Origin: an uncultured virus (IMG/VR IMGVR_UViG_3300020411_003822)
Taxonomy: Duplodnaviria > Heunggongvirae > Uroviricota > Caudoviricetes
Reading direction: 5' to 3' (one strand)
Virus record (IMG/VR): IMGVR_UViG_3300020411_003822
Length of the DNA: 64,000 bases
The stretch's first letter is position 1, and every line of letters starts with the position of its first letter. Shown here piece by piece: positions 31,170-42,330 of the stretch. Below the pieces are notes generated by a model that was not told the DNA's origin, searched no databases, and saw only the letters and a program-made list of their open reading frames with translations. A program made the translations under genes and the position numbers.

Positions 31170-31499
31170 ACATGGTTAGCTTGAGCATCAGCATAGTCTG
31201 TACAAGGGATCAAGGGGACACAAGGCCCCGTTATGAAAATGTGATGAATCGCTTGAAACAGATTCACACAGAAACAAGAGAAAGAAACCCTAAGGGGTTC
31301 ATGGATGAGTTAGAAATGCGATTGGAAGTTCACATGACGGACATTGCAGCCGAAATGGCCTGTACTGTAATTATGGTTGAAGACATGCATTTTGTTTTCA
31401 ACTTCACAGGATATGACGACAAAGATGTCGAAAAGGTCGTGAAACAAAAAGGAACTGCGAACAGTCTAACAATTGACTTCCGAGAACATTTTACTGAAC

Positions 31500-32657
31500 A
31501 TGCTGGAATATCGTTTGAAAGCGAATCTGGAAAGGGAAGGTAAACCCGTATTCTTTGCTAATCCTTCACCAAATAAGGTGGAGCAATACAAGGCAAAGGT
31601 CGGAAATAACTTCAAAATCGTGTTCTACAGGACAGAAGGGGCGATGGAAACATACGCAATACCATTCAGTGTACTTGAAAATACACTGATACCTGAAACC
31701 TTGAACACAAACAAAAACCCACGATGGATAACAATGATCATTGATGGGGTATTGACCGTCACATTCAACGGCGGCAAAAAGGTAAAAATCGACATATCAA
31801 TGTATTTAGAATTTGAATTGACTACAGAAGTGCGAGAAGGAGACTGTGCGAAAAACATGGAATCTATTGCAAGCGGTTCAGTAGCATGCATAATCACCTC
31901 GCCCCCCTACAAAGAGGGTGATGGTTACAGCGAAGAGTTGATGCGAAGTTGGCTGAAACAGGCCTACAGGATATTGAAGGATAGCAGTTGCCTATTCCTT
32001 AACTTCGGCCATCAGGCTGGAAAAAAGGAAAGAGCATTTGAAGTTGCGACAATGGCAGTTGATGAAGGGTTCGTGTGGAATGATACCATAGTTTGGGTCA
32101 AAAACCACTACACGCCTTTGAATGTGCCTACTCGTGTAAACAATCTGACAGAATTTATTTTCCTTCTCACAAAAGGAAAGCCGAAATTGGACAAACTCGG
32201 TATCGCAGTTCCATACGGAATGCCCTGGACAGTTAATCCAGGGGCACCTGCGCCTGAGAATAAACAATTGATGGAAAGATACGGAAGATTGCACAAATGC
32301 GGAGGAAATGTGTGGTACATCAAATACCAACCTATCACTGCAAAAAATCCTAAGAGACACAAGGACAGATTCCCAGTAGAACTGCCTCTAAGGGCATTGA
32401 AACTGGCGAATGTCGAAGGAACCATTGTAGATCCATTCAACGGAAGCGGAACAACCGGTGCTGCATGCATCGAATATTGGAACGAGTCCGAAGGAGAGAA
32501 GAGAATCAATTACATTGGTTTTGAATTGAATCCAATGCACATCAAATTTGCAAGAGATTGGTGGCTGAAGATTCGAGAAACTGAACATGACATTGGAAGA
32601 TGTTTTATTGAGAATAAGCCAAGTACAATCGAACTTGGACGAAGGAAGAGAGATTAG
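31500..32657 (+). CDS. DNA methyltransferase (N4/N6, beta class) with N-terminal extra domain
   Basis: ITSPPY, HKDRFP, DPFNGSGTT. Confidence 0.9.
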   Translation: MLEYRLKANLEREGKPVFFANPSPNKVEQYKAKVGNNFKIVFYRTEGAMETYAIPFSVLENTLIPETLNTNKNPRWITMIIDGVLTVTFNGGKKVKIDISMYLEFELTTEVREGDCAKNMESIASGSVACIITSPPYKEGDGYSEELMRSWLKQAYRILKDSSCLFLNFGHQAGKKERAFEVATMAVDEGFVWNDTIVWVKNHYTPLNVPTRVNNLTEFIFLLTKGKPKLDKLGIAVPYGMPWTVNPGAPAPENKQLMERYGRLHKCGGNVWYIKYQPITAKNPKRHKDRFPVELPLRALKLANVEGTIVDPFNGSGTTGAACIEYWNESEGEKRINYIGFELNPMHIKFARDWWLKIRETEHDIGRCFIENKPSTIELGRRKRD

Positions 32658-33525
32658 CACCTTCACATTAGAGGAATGCAAAAACAGATTCTTACACCAC
32701 ATTAAAATCATAAATCAGAAAACAGGAAAGAGCAACACTGAGGTGTTTTGGTCTTTCATTGATTGGAATTTCTGGATGACGATGTGGGAAACAAGAAAAG
32801 TGGCCGAAAAGTTAGAAATGACTGAATTCGCACCTTACGACAAAGAAACATGCAAAGAAAGAGCATTTGCAGCACGCGACTTCTTGTTAAAGGAGAAGTG
32901 TGGAGTATCGTTTGGAATCATGCAGAATTTGTGGGTTCAGGGAGTCGCAATCGGAAAATGCGACTTTCTGTTAGAACTCACTAACGCCAAAGACTTGAAC
33001 AAGAATCATAGAATGTTGAGCAAAGAATTGGGTCAATTCTTCACGCCTAAGTGTGTGACGGATTTGATAGCCAGAATGATTAGTTCTCCCGAAGATGATG
33101 AGAAAAGGAATTCTGTCTGTGACCCAGCCGCTGGATTCGGTGGGATGCTGATCTCAGACTGGTACAAATATGATGGAATGGCAAAACCAGCAGGTTCGCG
33201 GATTTATTTCGCTTCTGAATTATCAACAAGGACTGCGAGAGCATGCTTCTTGAATATGGTAATTCACAACATACCTGCAGTTGTAGATAACATCAACAGC
33301 TTGAGCCAAGAGAGAATTAGCCCAAGATGGTTCACACCATTGTTACTAATGATCATGAAATTAAGCCAACCAACAGAATGGGATGAGAATATTCTGTTGT
33401 CAAATCCTCCATTCACGAAAGAATTTGGATTACACTGGTTGGCTGACATGATGATGGAGGACTCAAAGGGCAATCCTGAATACAATGAATCCATGAAAAA
33501 ATGGAGAGAAAAATATTGTAACTGA
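32587..33525 (+). CDS. N6-adenine DNA methylase (type I HsdM-like, gamma class)
   Basis: GQFFTP, DPAAGFGGML, NPPF. Confidence 0.85.
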   Translation: MTLEDVLLRISQVQSNLDEGREISTFTLEECKNRFLHHIKIINQKTGKSNTEVFWSFIDWNFWMTMWETRKVAEKLEMTEFAPYDKETCKERAFAARDFLLKEKCGVSFGIMQNLWVQGVAIGKCDFLLELTNAKDLNKNHRMLSKELGQFFTPKCVTDLIARMISSPEDDEKRNSVCDPAAGFGGMLISDWYKYDGMAKPAGSRIYFASELSTRTARACFLNMVIHNIPAVVDNINSLSQERISPRWFTPLLLMIMKLSQPTEWDENILLSNPPFTKEFGLHWLADMMMEDSKGNPEYNESMKKWREKYCN

Positions 33526-33527
33526 AC

Positions 33528-33965
33528 ATGGCTCGTACACGAGACGAACTGCATGATGCAGTGGATAGGGTGATGGCTCGCTACATTACAGAAGCGGCTA
33601 TCAACAAAGAAGGTGACGACACCGGACTTGATTCTTGGTTTGAACCAAGAACCACTTATGGTTTCAGAATCGCCAAAGAGAAAATTGTAGCGTTTGATGG
33701 CTACACATTCGGAGAAAAAGCCGATCTAATCGGACAGAAACCGTATGAAGATTTGAGCGAAGAAGACAAAGCCCTCATTCCAGAAAGTCCCTATGCTCTA
33801 TTCTTCCTTATTGGAAAAATAGAGGGAACTGACGAATGGGTGTACACACACTGGCTTCAAGAAGATTGCAGATTTGCACAAAAAGTCGCATGCGACTGGT
33901 GGGATAGCGCAGAAGGTGATGTCCTTGAAGATTGGGGCATCGAATACGATGACATAGAAGACTGA
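33528..33965 (+). CDS. Acidic hypothetical protein
   Basis: Motif-bounded ORF. Confidence 0.65.
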   Translation: MARTRDELHDAVDRVMARYITEAAINKEGDDTGLDSWFEPRTTYGFRIAKEKIVAFDGYTFGEKADLIGQKPYEDLSEEDKALIPESPYALFFLIGKIEGTDEWVYTHWLQEDCRFAQKVACDWWDSAEGDVLEDWGIEYDDIED

Positions 33966-33967
33966 AC

Positions 33968-34885
33968 ATGACTGATGAAGATACTCGAAAGATGTTTCAG
34001 AATTGGGCAATGAGGGGTGTCATGCCTAACAGCCAGAAGAATGACTTCTGGACACCCAAAGAAGTGTTTGATGCATTAGATGAACGCTTTGGGCCATTCA
34101 CACTTGATGTGGCCTCAAGCGAAGAAAATTCACTTTGCATTAATTTTTACACAATGGAAGACAATGGATTAGAACAGAAATGGAATGGCATCGTTTGGTG
34201 CAATCCTCCATATGTCAAACAACTCTCTGCTAAATTGAACAAGGAGGGAGAGATTGTAAGAGAACAGATAGGTCGTGGAGATAATTCCACAATCAAGGAT
34301 TGGGTGTTGAAGGCATACCAATCAGTATTGTCAGGAGATGCAGACAGGGTGTTGGTATTGATCCCAACATACCTTTCGAATCATTACTGGCACGACATTA
34401 TTTTCCCTAAAGCATCACATCTTGTCTTTTTCAAGTCAAGACTGGACTTTCAAGGGCCACACATGCGAGCCGGAGGGGCATCAAGAAATCCCTCTGTTGC
34501 AGTGGTCTTTTCCAGAATGTGGAGCGGAGTGGGAATGCAGGTGTTGAGAATGTCTAACAAAGGCGAATGGCTGACAGAGGAAATCTGGGACAGGAAGACC
34601 TTAGAACTCAAATTGAAAAATGGAGTAGAGGCATTCGGACACGAATTAGAAGGAGACAAGTTTGTAGTGCTAAAGGGTTCAACAGCAAACTCAGAAGCAA
34701 GACCATCATGGAGGGAAACCGAAAGAAGATGGAGACAGAAGCTTGTCGAAGATGGTGCATTAAAACAGGTAGGGGAACAGATGATCTTCACCAGAGATGT
34801 AACATTCAACTCGAAAAGTGCCGCAGCATCACAAGTGAGAGCCGTACAATCAAACGGTAGGAAGTTGTGGGTTGAAGCAAACTGA
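33968..34885 (+). CDS. Phage Dam-type N6-adenine methyltransferase fused to a DUF4357-like domain
   Basis: WTP..FTLDVASSEEN..WCNPPY; C-terminal FVVLKGS...FNSKSAAA..NGRKLW. Confidence 0.85.
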   Translation: MTDEDTRKMFQNWAMRGVMPNSQKNDFWTPKEVFDALDERFGPFTLDVASSEENSLCINFYTMEDNGLEQKWNGIVWCNPPYVKQLSAKLNKEGEIVREQIGRGDNSTIKDWVLKAYQSVLSGDADRVLVLIPTYLSNHYWHDIIFPKASHLVFFKSRLDFQGPHMRAGGASRNPSVAVVFSRMWSGVGMQVLRMSNKGEWLTEEIWDRKTLELKLKNGVEAFGHELEGDKFVVLKGSTANSEARPSWRETERRWRQKLVEDGALKQVGEQMIFTRDVTFNSKSAAASQVRAVQSNGRKLWVEAN

Positions 34886-34889
34886 ACAT

Positions 34890-34964
34890 GGGCGCATAGT
34901 GTAGTGGAAATCATTCTGGCCTTCTAAGCCGGAGACCTGGGTTCGAATCCTGGTGCGCCCGCCA
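34890..34964 (+). tRNA. tRNA-Arg (TCT)
   Basis: Acceptor GGGCGCA/TGCGCCC, G73, encoded CCA; anticodon arm CTGGC-CTTCTAA-GCCGG; GGTTCGAATCC; its 5' G is the G of ACTGAACATG. Confidence 0.95.
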
Positions 34965-35083
34965 AATACCCTTAGGGTTGCGATGGCACAATGTAATGGA
35001 GGAGGAAGCAAAACCAAACAGTAGGTTAGCACGGACAGAAGTCCGTCCCTCAGTCGGCTATACGCCCCTCCTCCCTACTTAAC

Positions 35084-35521
35084 ATGGGATATACACACTT
35101 TTGGTATTTACCAGAGGGAAGGATCTCGGATGACAATTGGGAAGAATATTCCGAATGTGTCAAGACGATTGTAGAGCCCCACATTGGTGGGTGCATAGAA
35201 AAATTAGTTGTGAATGAGAATGTAGTGGCATTTGAGGGCGCACCAGCCCACGAAACCTTTAGTGTTCGAAGAGAACAATTTCTGGATTCATGGCAAAGAA
35301 AGAATGACAGAGTTTTCAATTTCTGTAAGACGGCTCGAAAGCCATACGACAAAATTGTAACGGCCTGTCTTACAAAAATGAAATCCGTCTTCAAAGATGA
35401 TGTGAAAATCGCCAGCGATGGAGAGGCAGAAGATTGGGAGACTGGATTTGAATATGCAAATGCAAGCGAAGAAGAAATCAAGAATCTGATAGCAGATCTT
35501 GAAGAAAATTATGATAACTGA
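35084..35521 (+). CDS. Conserved phage hypothetical protein
   Basis: MGYTHFW...FCKTARKPYD..V.ACL. Confidence 0.7.
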   Translation: MGYTHFWYLPEGRISDDNWEEYSECVKTIVEPHIGGCIEKLVVNENVVAFEGAPAHETFSVRREQFLDSWQRKNDRVFNFCKTARKPYDKIVTACLTKMKSVFKDDVKIASDGEAEDWETGFEYANASEEEIKNLIADLEENYDN

Positions 35522-35538
35522 ACACCGAACAAATGTAT

Positions 35539-35591
35539 GCGGCCAATAGTGACGAGTAATCTCTACTCCGACCTATTGGCCGCTTTTTTTT
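35539..35591 (+). terminator. Hairpin + T8 tract
   Basis: GCGGCCAATAG...CTATTGGCCGC-TTTTTTTT, then a CCTCTTT-TGAA-AAGAGG hairpin. Confidence 0.75.
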
Positions 35592-36735
35592 CGCCTCTTT
35601 TGAAAAGAGGGTGACTAAACATGAGCACTAAAGGTGTAAACTTCTCGGTTCATATTGAAATCGAGAATGAGGAGGAACTGCTCTTGGTAAGAGATGCAGA
35701 ATACGAACTTCTGGAAAAGGACATCAGCTTCGATGCTGGGCAAACAATCGGTATGCCCACTGTAAGAGATTGGTTCCTTGAAGAGATTCCAGAAAATGGA
35801 ATGAAGCAAATTCAATTGGCTTTGGACGAATTAGAACGGAAAGGACTGAATTATGAAACAATAGTATCGGGAGATCTGATAGAATGATAGGCGAAGTGTT
35901 ATTTGCATTAATCATCATCATGGGACTTTTCTTTGGATGGGAAATTCTTGTAGCGAAATTTCCCGATTTGTTTACCAGTAACTACAACATCGGAAAGGAC
36001 GGTGGAGACAGTGAAGAGTAGATTTGATAGCCCAACTTGGAGAAACTACATCAAGGACTTCTGTAAAGCAGGGGTCATTAGATTAGACGCCCAATACGAG
36101 GCACAAGGCGAATTAATTTCATTATTCGAACAAATGGAGAACTGAACATGATACCAGGTCAGCGATACAACACAACCAAGTTCAAAAGAAAGAATCACCA
36201 CCATGCAGTTGCTAATTCAAAGCGATTCCTCATGGAAAAAGGTATTATTGATGAGAACTGGAAGAGAATTGACAGGAAGGACTGAACATGACATGGGAGG
36301 GATTAGATGAGAAAACTGACTGAAGCTATAGTGGCAAATCTTGAACACTATGCGCAGATGGTAATAGAAGAGTCAATGTCCGTAAAGGAACTTTCAGAAG
36401 TTCTCGGTGTAGAACCTGATTCAGAACATATCAGGGAAATATTGGGATTGGTTGAAGAAATACGGCATAAACTCGGAGAAACTAATGCAAAGGCCCGAAG
36501 ACTTCTTCATTTGTTGAAGTATGGGCCTGACGACTGAACATGAGCAAATTGCAAGAAGGGCAAGTGTGGAATAACAGGTATCACGGAAGGCCATCAACGA
36601 TTGTTGAGGTCTTTGTTAAAGATGAAAAGATCTGGGTTCGGTATCGAGTGGAACAACCATATTATCGAGATGAACCAGAAGAAAGAGCACTGGATGAAGA
36701 ATTATTCAAAGGACTTTACACCCTTTGTACTGAAC

Positions 36736-37131
36736 ATGTCTGAGAGTGTACTCAAAGGGCTAAGGGAGAAACTGCAAGAAGCATTAGACAATGCTGACTT
36801 GAGCAGTTTCGGAAATGTAAGCGTCTCATTGGGGCGCATGAGGTACGAAAGGGGAGATATATTCCCTGTAAGCGTAAGTTTGGAAGTGGCTAACAGATCC
36901 GAAGATGGTAGCGTTCTATCATCTAAAGCAAAGGATTTTCAAAGATATGCCAATTCATACGGTTTGAAACCTGAAATGTTGGGCCAAACATTTGTGTGCA
37001 ATGGAAAAACATTCACAATCACTGGGCTCAATACCAGGGCAAGGAAAATGCCAATTCAAGCAAATGACGAGAATGGCAGCGGATACAAATTTACAGTGGA
37101 CCAAGTAGTTCGCTTTATGGCCGATAACTGA
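36736..37131 (+). CDS. Conserved phage hypothetical protein
   Basis: YGLKPEMLGQTF..NGKTFTITGLNTRARKMPI. Confidence 0.7.
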   Translation: MSESVLKGLREKLQEALDNADLSSFGNVSVSLGRMRYERGDIFPVSVSLEVANRSEDGSVLSSKAKDFQRYANSYGLKPEMLGQTFVCNGKTFTITGLNTRARKMPIQANDENGSGYKFTVDQVVRFMADN

Positions 37132-37339
37132 ACATGACTAAGCGAAGAGTCGTGAAGGTTGAAGGAGCTGTATTCAGTAAGATTGCCGGTTTAATGATGG
37201 AGGCTCACAAGGAGCACGAAATGGTCCGAGATGAGACAATTGGATATGTGATTGCCCGTGATCCAGAAATCACGGTAGGAATGGTGCATTATGTGATAGA
37301 TGCGATGTCGCATGCATTCGCGCCAGCAGATGACTGAAC

Positions 37340-38269
37340 ATGAGTCTTGTAGACCTGGTGAATGAACATGCACAAGGAAAAAGGAAGGTGCCCGAAGGCG
37401 CACACACAGTAGGATTGATTTACCGCAAAATAACCTTAGGACCGAAACCTGTAATTCGTAGGTTTACCGAGTACCAAAACAAATATGGGTATGTGCGACT
37501 TTACCTCAACGATATTGAAGGAATCATTGAGGTAGCCAGAAGGGGATACGATTTTCATGCTTTCTTCGACAAAGAAGGAAACATACTGAACATGAGCCTA
37601 ATGGTTGCTCTCCTAAAGGAGAAAGAGGATAAGGAAAAAAGAATCTTAGAGTTCTGGGCAGAAGGCTACACTGAGAGAGAATATCGAGAATTAAATGGGG
37701 AAGAATACAACGACAGTTGGTATGGCCATGATGACGAAATACACAAGCAGTGGAAAAAAGTAGTGGTTAAACATGAAAGAAAGTTTCAACGACTCACAGA
37801 CTGCGGAATGCCAGAAGATAACTGGGCAAAGGACGAAGAATGGAATGTGTTTTTCTTAGAACACAAACCTTCAAAGTTTCAATATCGAGTGTCTCTAATG
37901 AAATACTCCAATGGCATAATGACAAGTGGTAGTAGATACAGTTCAGGGCCTCCAAGTTATCAAGGCTCTGCTTCGGGTGCTTGGCTCCCATACTGGGTGT
38001 CAAGATTGACGAACTATCATTCATTGATGACTATTGATGAATATGAAAAACACATTTATGCGATTCACGCAGATGCATTGAAAATAATTGATAGATTCTT
38101 CGAAAAGAAACCCAGAGTGAGACAAAAAATGATTGATTCTCTAAATGAGCAAATGAATCACGATAAATTTCGTGGGCTCCATTATGAGAATGCTTCAGCG
38201 AAGCACATCGCACGGGTTCTCGAAGAAAGAAAACTGAACATGTTTGGAGTTGATTCTGAATATGGATGA
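37340..38269 (+). CDS. Probably two units (37340 and 37592) joined in frame across motifs
   Basis: Internal ACTGAAC-ATG at 37585 and 38233, both in frame (LNM). Confidence 0.6.
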   Translation: MSLVDLVNEHAQGKRKVPEGAHTVGLIYRKITLGPKPVIRRFTEYQNKYGYVRLYLNDIEGIIEVARRGYDFHAFFDKEGNILNMSLMVALLKEKEDKEKRILEFWAEGYTEREYRELNGEEYNDSWYGHDDEIHKQWKKVVVKHERKFQRLTDCGMPEDNWAKDEEWNVFFLEHKPSKFQYRVSLMKYSNGIMTSGSRYSSGPPSYQGSASGAWLPYWVSRLTNYHSLMTIDEYEKHIYAIHADALKIIDRFFEKKPRVRQKMIDSLNEQMNHDKFRGLHYENASAKHIARVLEERKLNMFGVDSEYG

Positions 38270-38652
38270 GGAAACAATGGATCAAGAAACTATTGATACG
38301 AGCAAAGAAAGTATCGCACTGATACTAAGAAAGATGGAAACGGCAGATATTGAATTCTGCAACGAAATACGGGCACAAGGACTCAATTTTTTCGTAGAGT
38401 TTACACGAGAATACTTTGGTGAATACATGAAGCCCGTCCAGATGAGTGGCACAGATGAATACATGCTGACGCCGACTCCGCAAACAGAAAATACAGACCT
38501 TATTGGATTACCAAGAAAACCAATACCCGATAATGTAACAATTTTGGGTGTTGATTTCACAAAAACAGAAGTTGAAACTTGCATAAGGCTGTCTAATGTT
38601 CATCTTGAATGAACAGAAATTTCATAATGCCAATCTACTTGGGGTAGAATCC

Positions 38653-38889
38653 ATGAAGACCAGGAAATTGAAAATGAGGATAATTGAGTACCTTGCATTA
38701 AATGGTCCTCAAACTACAAACCAAATACAGGACCACATAAATTGCACCACAAGGCATGGGACGACTTCACAACAACTTGGAAATGTCCTTTCGAAGAACA
38801 AGGACTTCAAGAAAGCCGGAACAGCCTTGAGAGCGGGAATATTGAGTGGTTCATATGAGGTAGTTGTTTGGGACTTAGTCAAGGAGTAA
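38653..38889 (+). CDS. DUF3860-family winged-helix protein
   Basis: MKTRKLK...RHGTTSQQLGNVLSK.K...GILSGSYEV..W closely matches the marine Group II archaeal family as I recall it; GGGG Shine-Dalgarno-like site. Confidence 0.8.
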   Translation: MKTRKLKMRIIEYLALNGPQTTNQIQDHINCTTRHGTTSQQLGNVLSKNKDFKKAGTALRAGILSGSYEVVVWDLVKE

Positions 38890-39176
38890 CTGAACATGAC
38901 ACGCTGTCCAAGTGAGGATTACGACAGTTGGGAGATCCAACAGGAAAAAACGCACGAATGGATGAAAAAGATTCTAATCAGTGCAATAGAGGAATACAAC
39001 GGTGGAGCAGACTTCGATGAAGTCTTCTGCATCGAAGATAGTGAACAAGACAAAAACGGACGACACACAATGTCAATTTCATTCGACAAGACGAAAGTTG
39101 AAGTTGAATATGAAAAATACGAGGAAGAGCGATACCAAGAGTTCCTTGAAGAACGAGAACTCAAGGAGGACTGAAC

Positions 39177-39530
39177 ATGACTGGAGATGAACCGGTGGAA
39201 GAAGGAACCGTTTGGGTCTTGGTAACACCAAGAACTGGAACGGTATGGCATGCAAAGAGGATTGAAGATCCTTCTTTTGAAGGATTACAAAAAATCCTTG
39301 CTGCAGACGGACAAGAAACAGCCTACATCACGCAGGTTCCAGTGGCATACAGGCCAATGGACGGGATTGAAGAAATGTGGGTAAATGAAGATGGAGCATA
39401 TTTCACAGAAAAAGATGTAAACATTCCAGCAACAAAATTACTGGACAATCCAGGCCCCGCACTATTGGGGAATGTTGCAATCAGATGGGATGCCTCTATG
39501 AGTGACATCAAATTCTGGATGGAAAACTGA
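39177..39530 (+). CDS. DUF3846-like protein
   Basis: MWVNEDG...NIPATKL...LLGNV. Confidence 0.6.
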   Translation: MTGDEPVEEGTVWVLVTPRTGTVWHAKRIEDPSFEGLQKILAADGQETAYITQVPVAYRPMDGIEEMWVNEDGAYFTEKDVNIPATKLLDNPGPALLGNVAIRWDASMSDIKFWMEN

Positions 39531-39532
39531 AC

Positions 39533-40123
39533 ATGGGATACCATACAGAATTTGAAGGTTCATTCAAATTAGATGAACCTTTGACTGGGAATCAGGTAAA
39601 CTACCTGAAGGAATTCGCAAGAACAAGGCGAATGAAAAGAGATGTAGAGGAATACATCAACGGAGACCGAGTTTGGTCGGCTGGCGTTCACAATCTATAC
39701 GAAAGCGTTGGACTCCCAATCGGAGAAGAAGGCGCTTATGTTGCAGACGGAGCCGGATGGGAACTCGGAGAACACATGAACTTGTGTCTAATGGAAATCG
39801 AGGTAGAAAGCTACGATGGTTCAACATTCAAGACGGACTCATACAACAACGCACCTATCGGCCAACCAGGTCTTTGGTGCAAATGGGTTCCAACCGATAA
39901 CGGTAAAGAGATTGAATGGAACGGCCACGAAAAATTCTACGACTATACAGAATGGATAGAATACATCATCGAGCATTTTCTAACACCGTGGGGTCGAACG
40001 CTCAATGGGCAAGTTCGCTTCTATGGCGAAGGCATAGATGATCGAGGTGTGATTTACATCAAGGACAATAAGGTGGAGCGGGTGTACGATGAAATATCGA
40101 ACCGAGGCCCATCTTGGGACTGA
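39533..40123 (+). CDS. Conserved phage hypothetical protein
   Basis: MGYHTEFEG...QPGLWCKW...EKFYDY.EWIEY. Confidence 0.75.
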   Translation: MGYHTEFEGSFKLDEPLTGNQVNYLKEFARTRRMKRDVEEYINGDRVWSAGVHNLYESVGLPIGEEGAYVADGAGWELGEHMNLCLMEIEVESYDGSTFKTDSYNNAPIGQPGLWCKWVPTDNGKEIEWNGHEKFYDYTEWIEYIIEHFLTPWGRTLNGQVRFYGEGIDDRGVIYIKDNKVERVYDEISNRGPSWD

Positions 40124-41348
40124 ACACACGGAGGCGACTAAACATGACCGACTTTGAACGGATAGCATCCGAGATGAGAGAGGAATGGCTGGCGAAGCAC
40201 GAACCAGATGAAAACGGCTTTTGCCCCACATGCAAAGGAATTGGGCTGAATTGTATTGCAAACTCAGGGTTTTCCCCTGATCAAATAATTGCGGTGGAAC
40301 AAACCACATTAGAACTTCAGCGTTCAATTCGAACTTTAGAAAAGTTGGGCATTAGGGAACTCAAAGAATTGAAGTTTGCTCTAAGAAAAGCAAAACTGAA
40401 GCTTTACTCAATGCAAAACGAAAACAGATGTACTTGCGACAAAGAATACGGGGAAGAAGACCCAGATTGTGTAGCGTGCCTAAACCAATGGAGAAACGAA
40501 AGGTATGGGCCAGATATACACGATGTGGGCTGTGGATGCCATGAATGCGTCCCAGGCGGATTTGTTATCACTGTATACGATGGAGTGAATGTACGAGAAT
40601 ACTGAACATGTCATTAGTTGATGATATATTGGATGCGCATTCCAAACGGGATAGCGCAACGGAAACGATGGACACACACGGAACCATCATCTATCACGGA
40701 GAAGAAAGAATAGAGAAAAGATTTGGAAAAATCTGCTGGGCAGTAGGAACCTTTGAGGATTTGAAAGGCATCCACAACGGCCAATGGCAAGTTTTGAGTG
40801 GCAATGAAGTCGTGAGAGATATTACCTATGGGGAAGATGAAGTGACAATGGTTAGTGGGCTTGGCGAAGAACTCATAATCCCATTAGAAACAAAAATCTT
40901 CTATGAACCGTGGGAAATGGACAGAGGATCTTACATTTTCAAGATTGAGCAATTTGAGCGCCCCTGTAAATTGATGACGGAGTGGGATGAAATCACACCG
41001 AAAACTGAACATGAGTCTGATAAATGCTCTAATGAGGGAACTGGAAGAGGAAGAAGATGAAATAAGTACTCCCAGGTTGAAACAAATCAGAAGGTTTGCA
41101 AGCAACATGAGGGTCGGTCTATTTTACGATCATTCTGGATATGTAGAAGTCATGTACAGTTATGAAACGCCAGTGGCTATGAAGAAGTTGGATTTGGACG
41201 GTATGGTGACTGACAGATTTAGAACTGATGTAAAATGGAGTTCAACCACAACAAGACACATCAGTAAATGGGGGTGCTTGGGTGCTCCCGAAATAAGTCA
41301 AGACGAATTAGACCGATTCAACCCCTGGGAATATATGAAAAACTGAAC

Positions 41349-42095
41349 ATGGACGAAATTATTTGTCTGAAAAAAGGGACCTACGCCACTTTGGATAGGT
41401 CAGAGGTAGATTTTGGAGGCCTTCGTGTGAAGGTCACAGACAACTACATTGAAGGTTTTGGATGGAATCTGGAACTGGTTGAAGAAGATAAAGGCACATT
41501 TTGCTCGTATCTTCATGGAAGATACACTTACGAACTGGCAAGACACCTTATTTCAATGATGGAAGAGGAACTTGGATGGCAGTTCCATCTTGATGAACCA
41601 AGAGATTACATGAAAAACGGAATAGAGGTTCCTGAAGGAACAATCCTATTGTCAGGAAAAGAAAGAGCATTGTTCCATTTAGAAAATGCAATCGCATGTT
41701 TGAAATGGGACTTTGAAGAAGATGCAAAAACAAATGCAATTGAAGCACAACAACTCCTCAAAGGAGTCATAGCAGATGCACCTAAACTACTTGCTAAGTT
41801 TGCGGATTTGGTAGAAGGAAAAGATTACATCGACCTTGAGAAGCGAACAGCCAACAGCAACATGATAGGGCACCCAGAAGGAGTTGAAGAAGGGGACATC
41901 GTAGAATATCGATACTACCCTGACCCAAAAATGCACAGAGCAATTGTAGCATGGAACGCTGAAGAAGGAAGATATGTTCTTCAGACCTTTAGGAGAGAGG
42001 AAGTAAATCAATTCAAGGCAGATGGAATATCTGACTATTGTGATTTGGATCAAGCAGATAAGATAATCATTCTTGGTTCAACTCACCAAATGTAA
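41349..42095 (+). CDS. Hypothetical protein with a YopX-like C-terminus
   Basis: EGDIVEY...IVAW...IILGSTHQ. Confidence 0.55.
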   Translation: MDEIICLKKGTYATLDRSEVDFGGLRVKVTDNYIEGFGWNLELVEEDKGTFCSYLHGRYTYELARHLISMMEEELGWQFHLDEPRDYMKNGIEVPEGTILLSGKERALFHLENAIACLKWDFEEDAKTNAIEAQQLLKGVIADAPKLLAKFADLVEGKDYIDLEKRTANSNMIGHPEGVEEGDIVEYRYYPDPKMHRAIVAWNAEEGRYVLQTFRREEVNQFKADGISDYCDLDQADKIIILGSTHQM

Positions 42096-42330
42096 CTGAA
42101 CATGTCTGCATGGACGCCACGAGAGAGGGCCAATTACATGGCGAGAGTGATCAAGGAAGGAAGAAACACAAGTAGCAACAGGACATTTAGCGGCTGCTTG
42201 GAATGGAGCGAAGAGGAGAACAACGAGGTTCTCCGATTACTATGGGATAAGGCAAAAAGGTCTCCAAAGTTGAAAGAGAACCTTTTCAAGTACATAAGTG
42301 AAGATGCCTTCGACCAATTCAAAACTGAAC

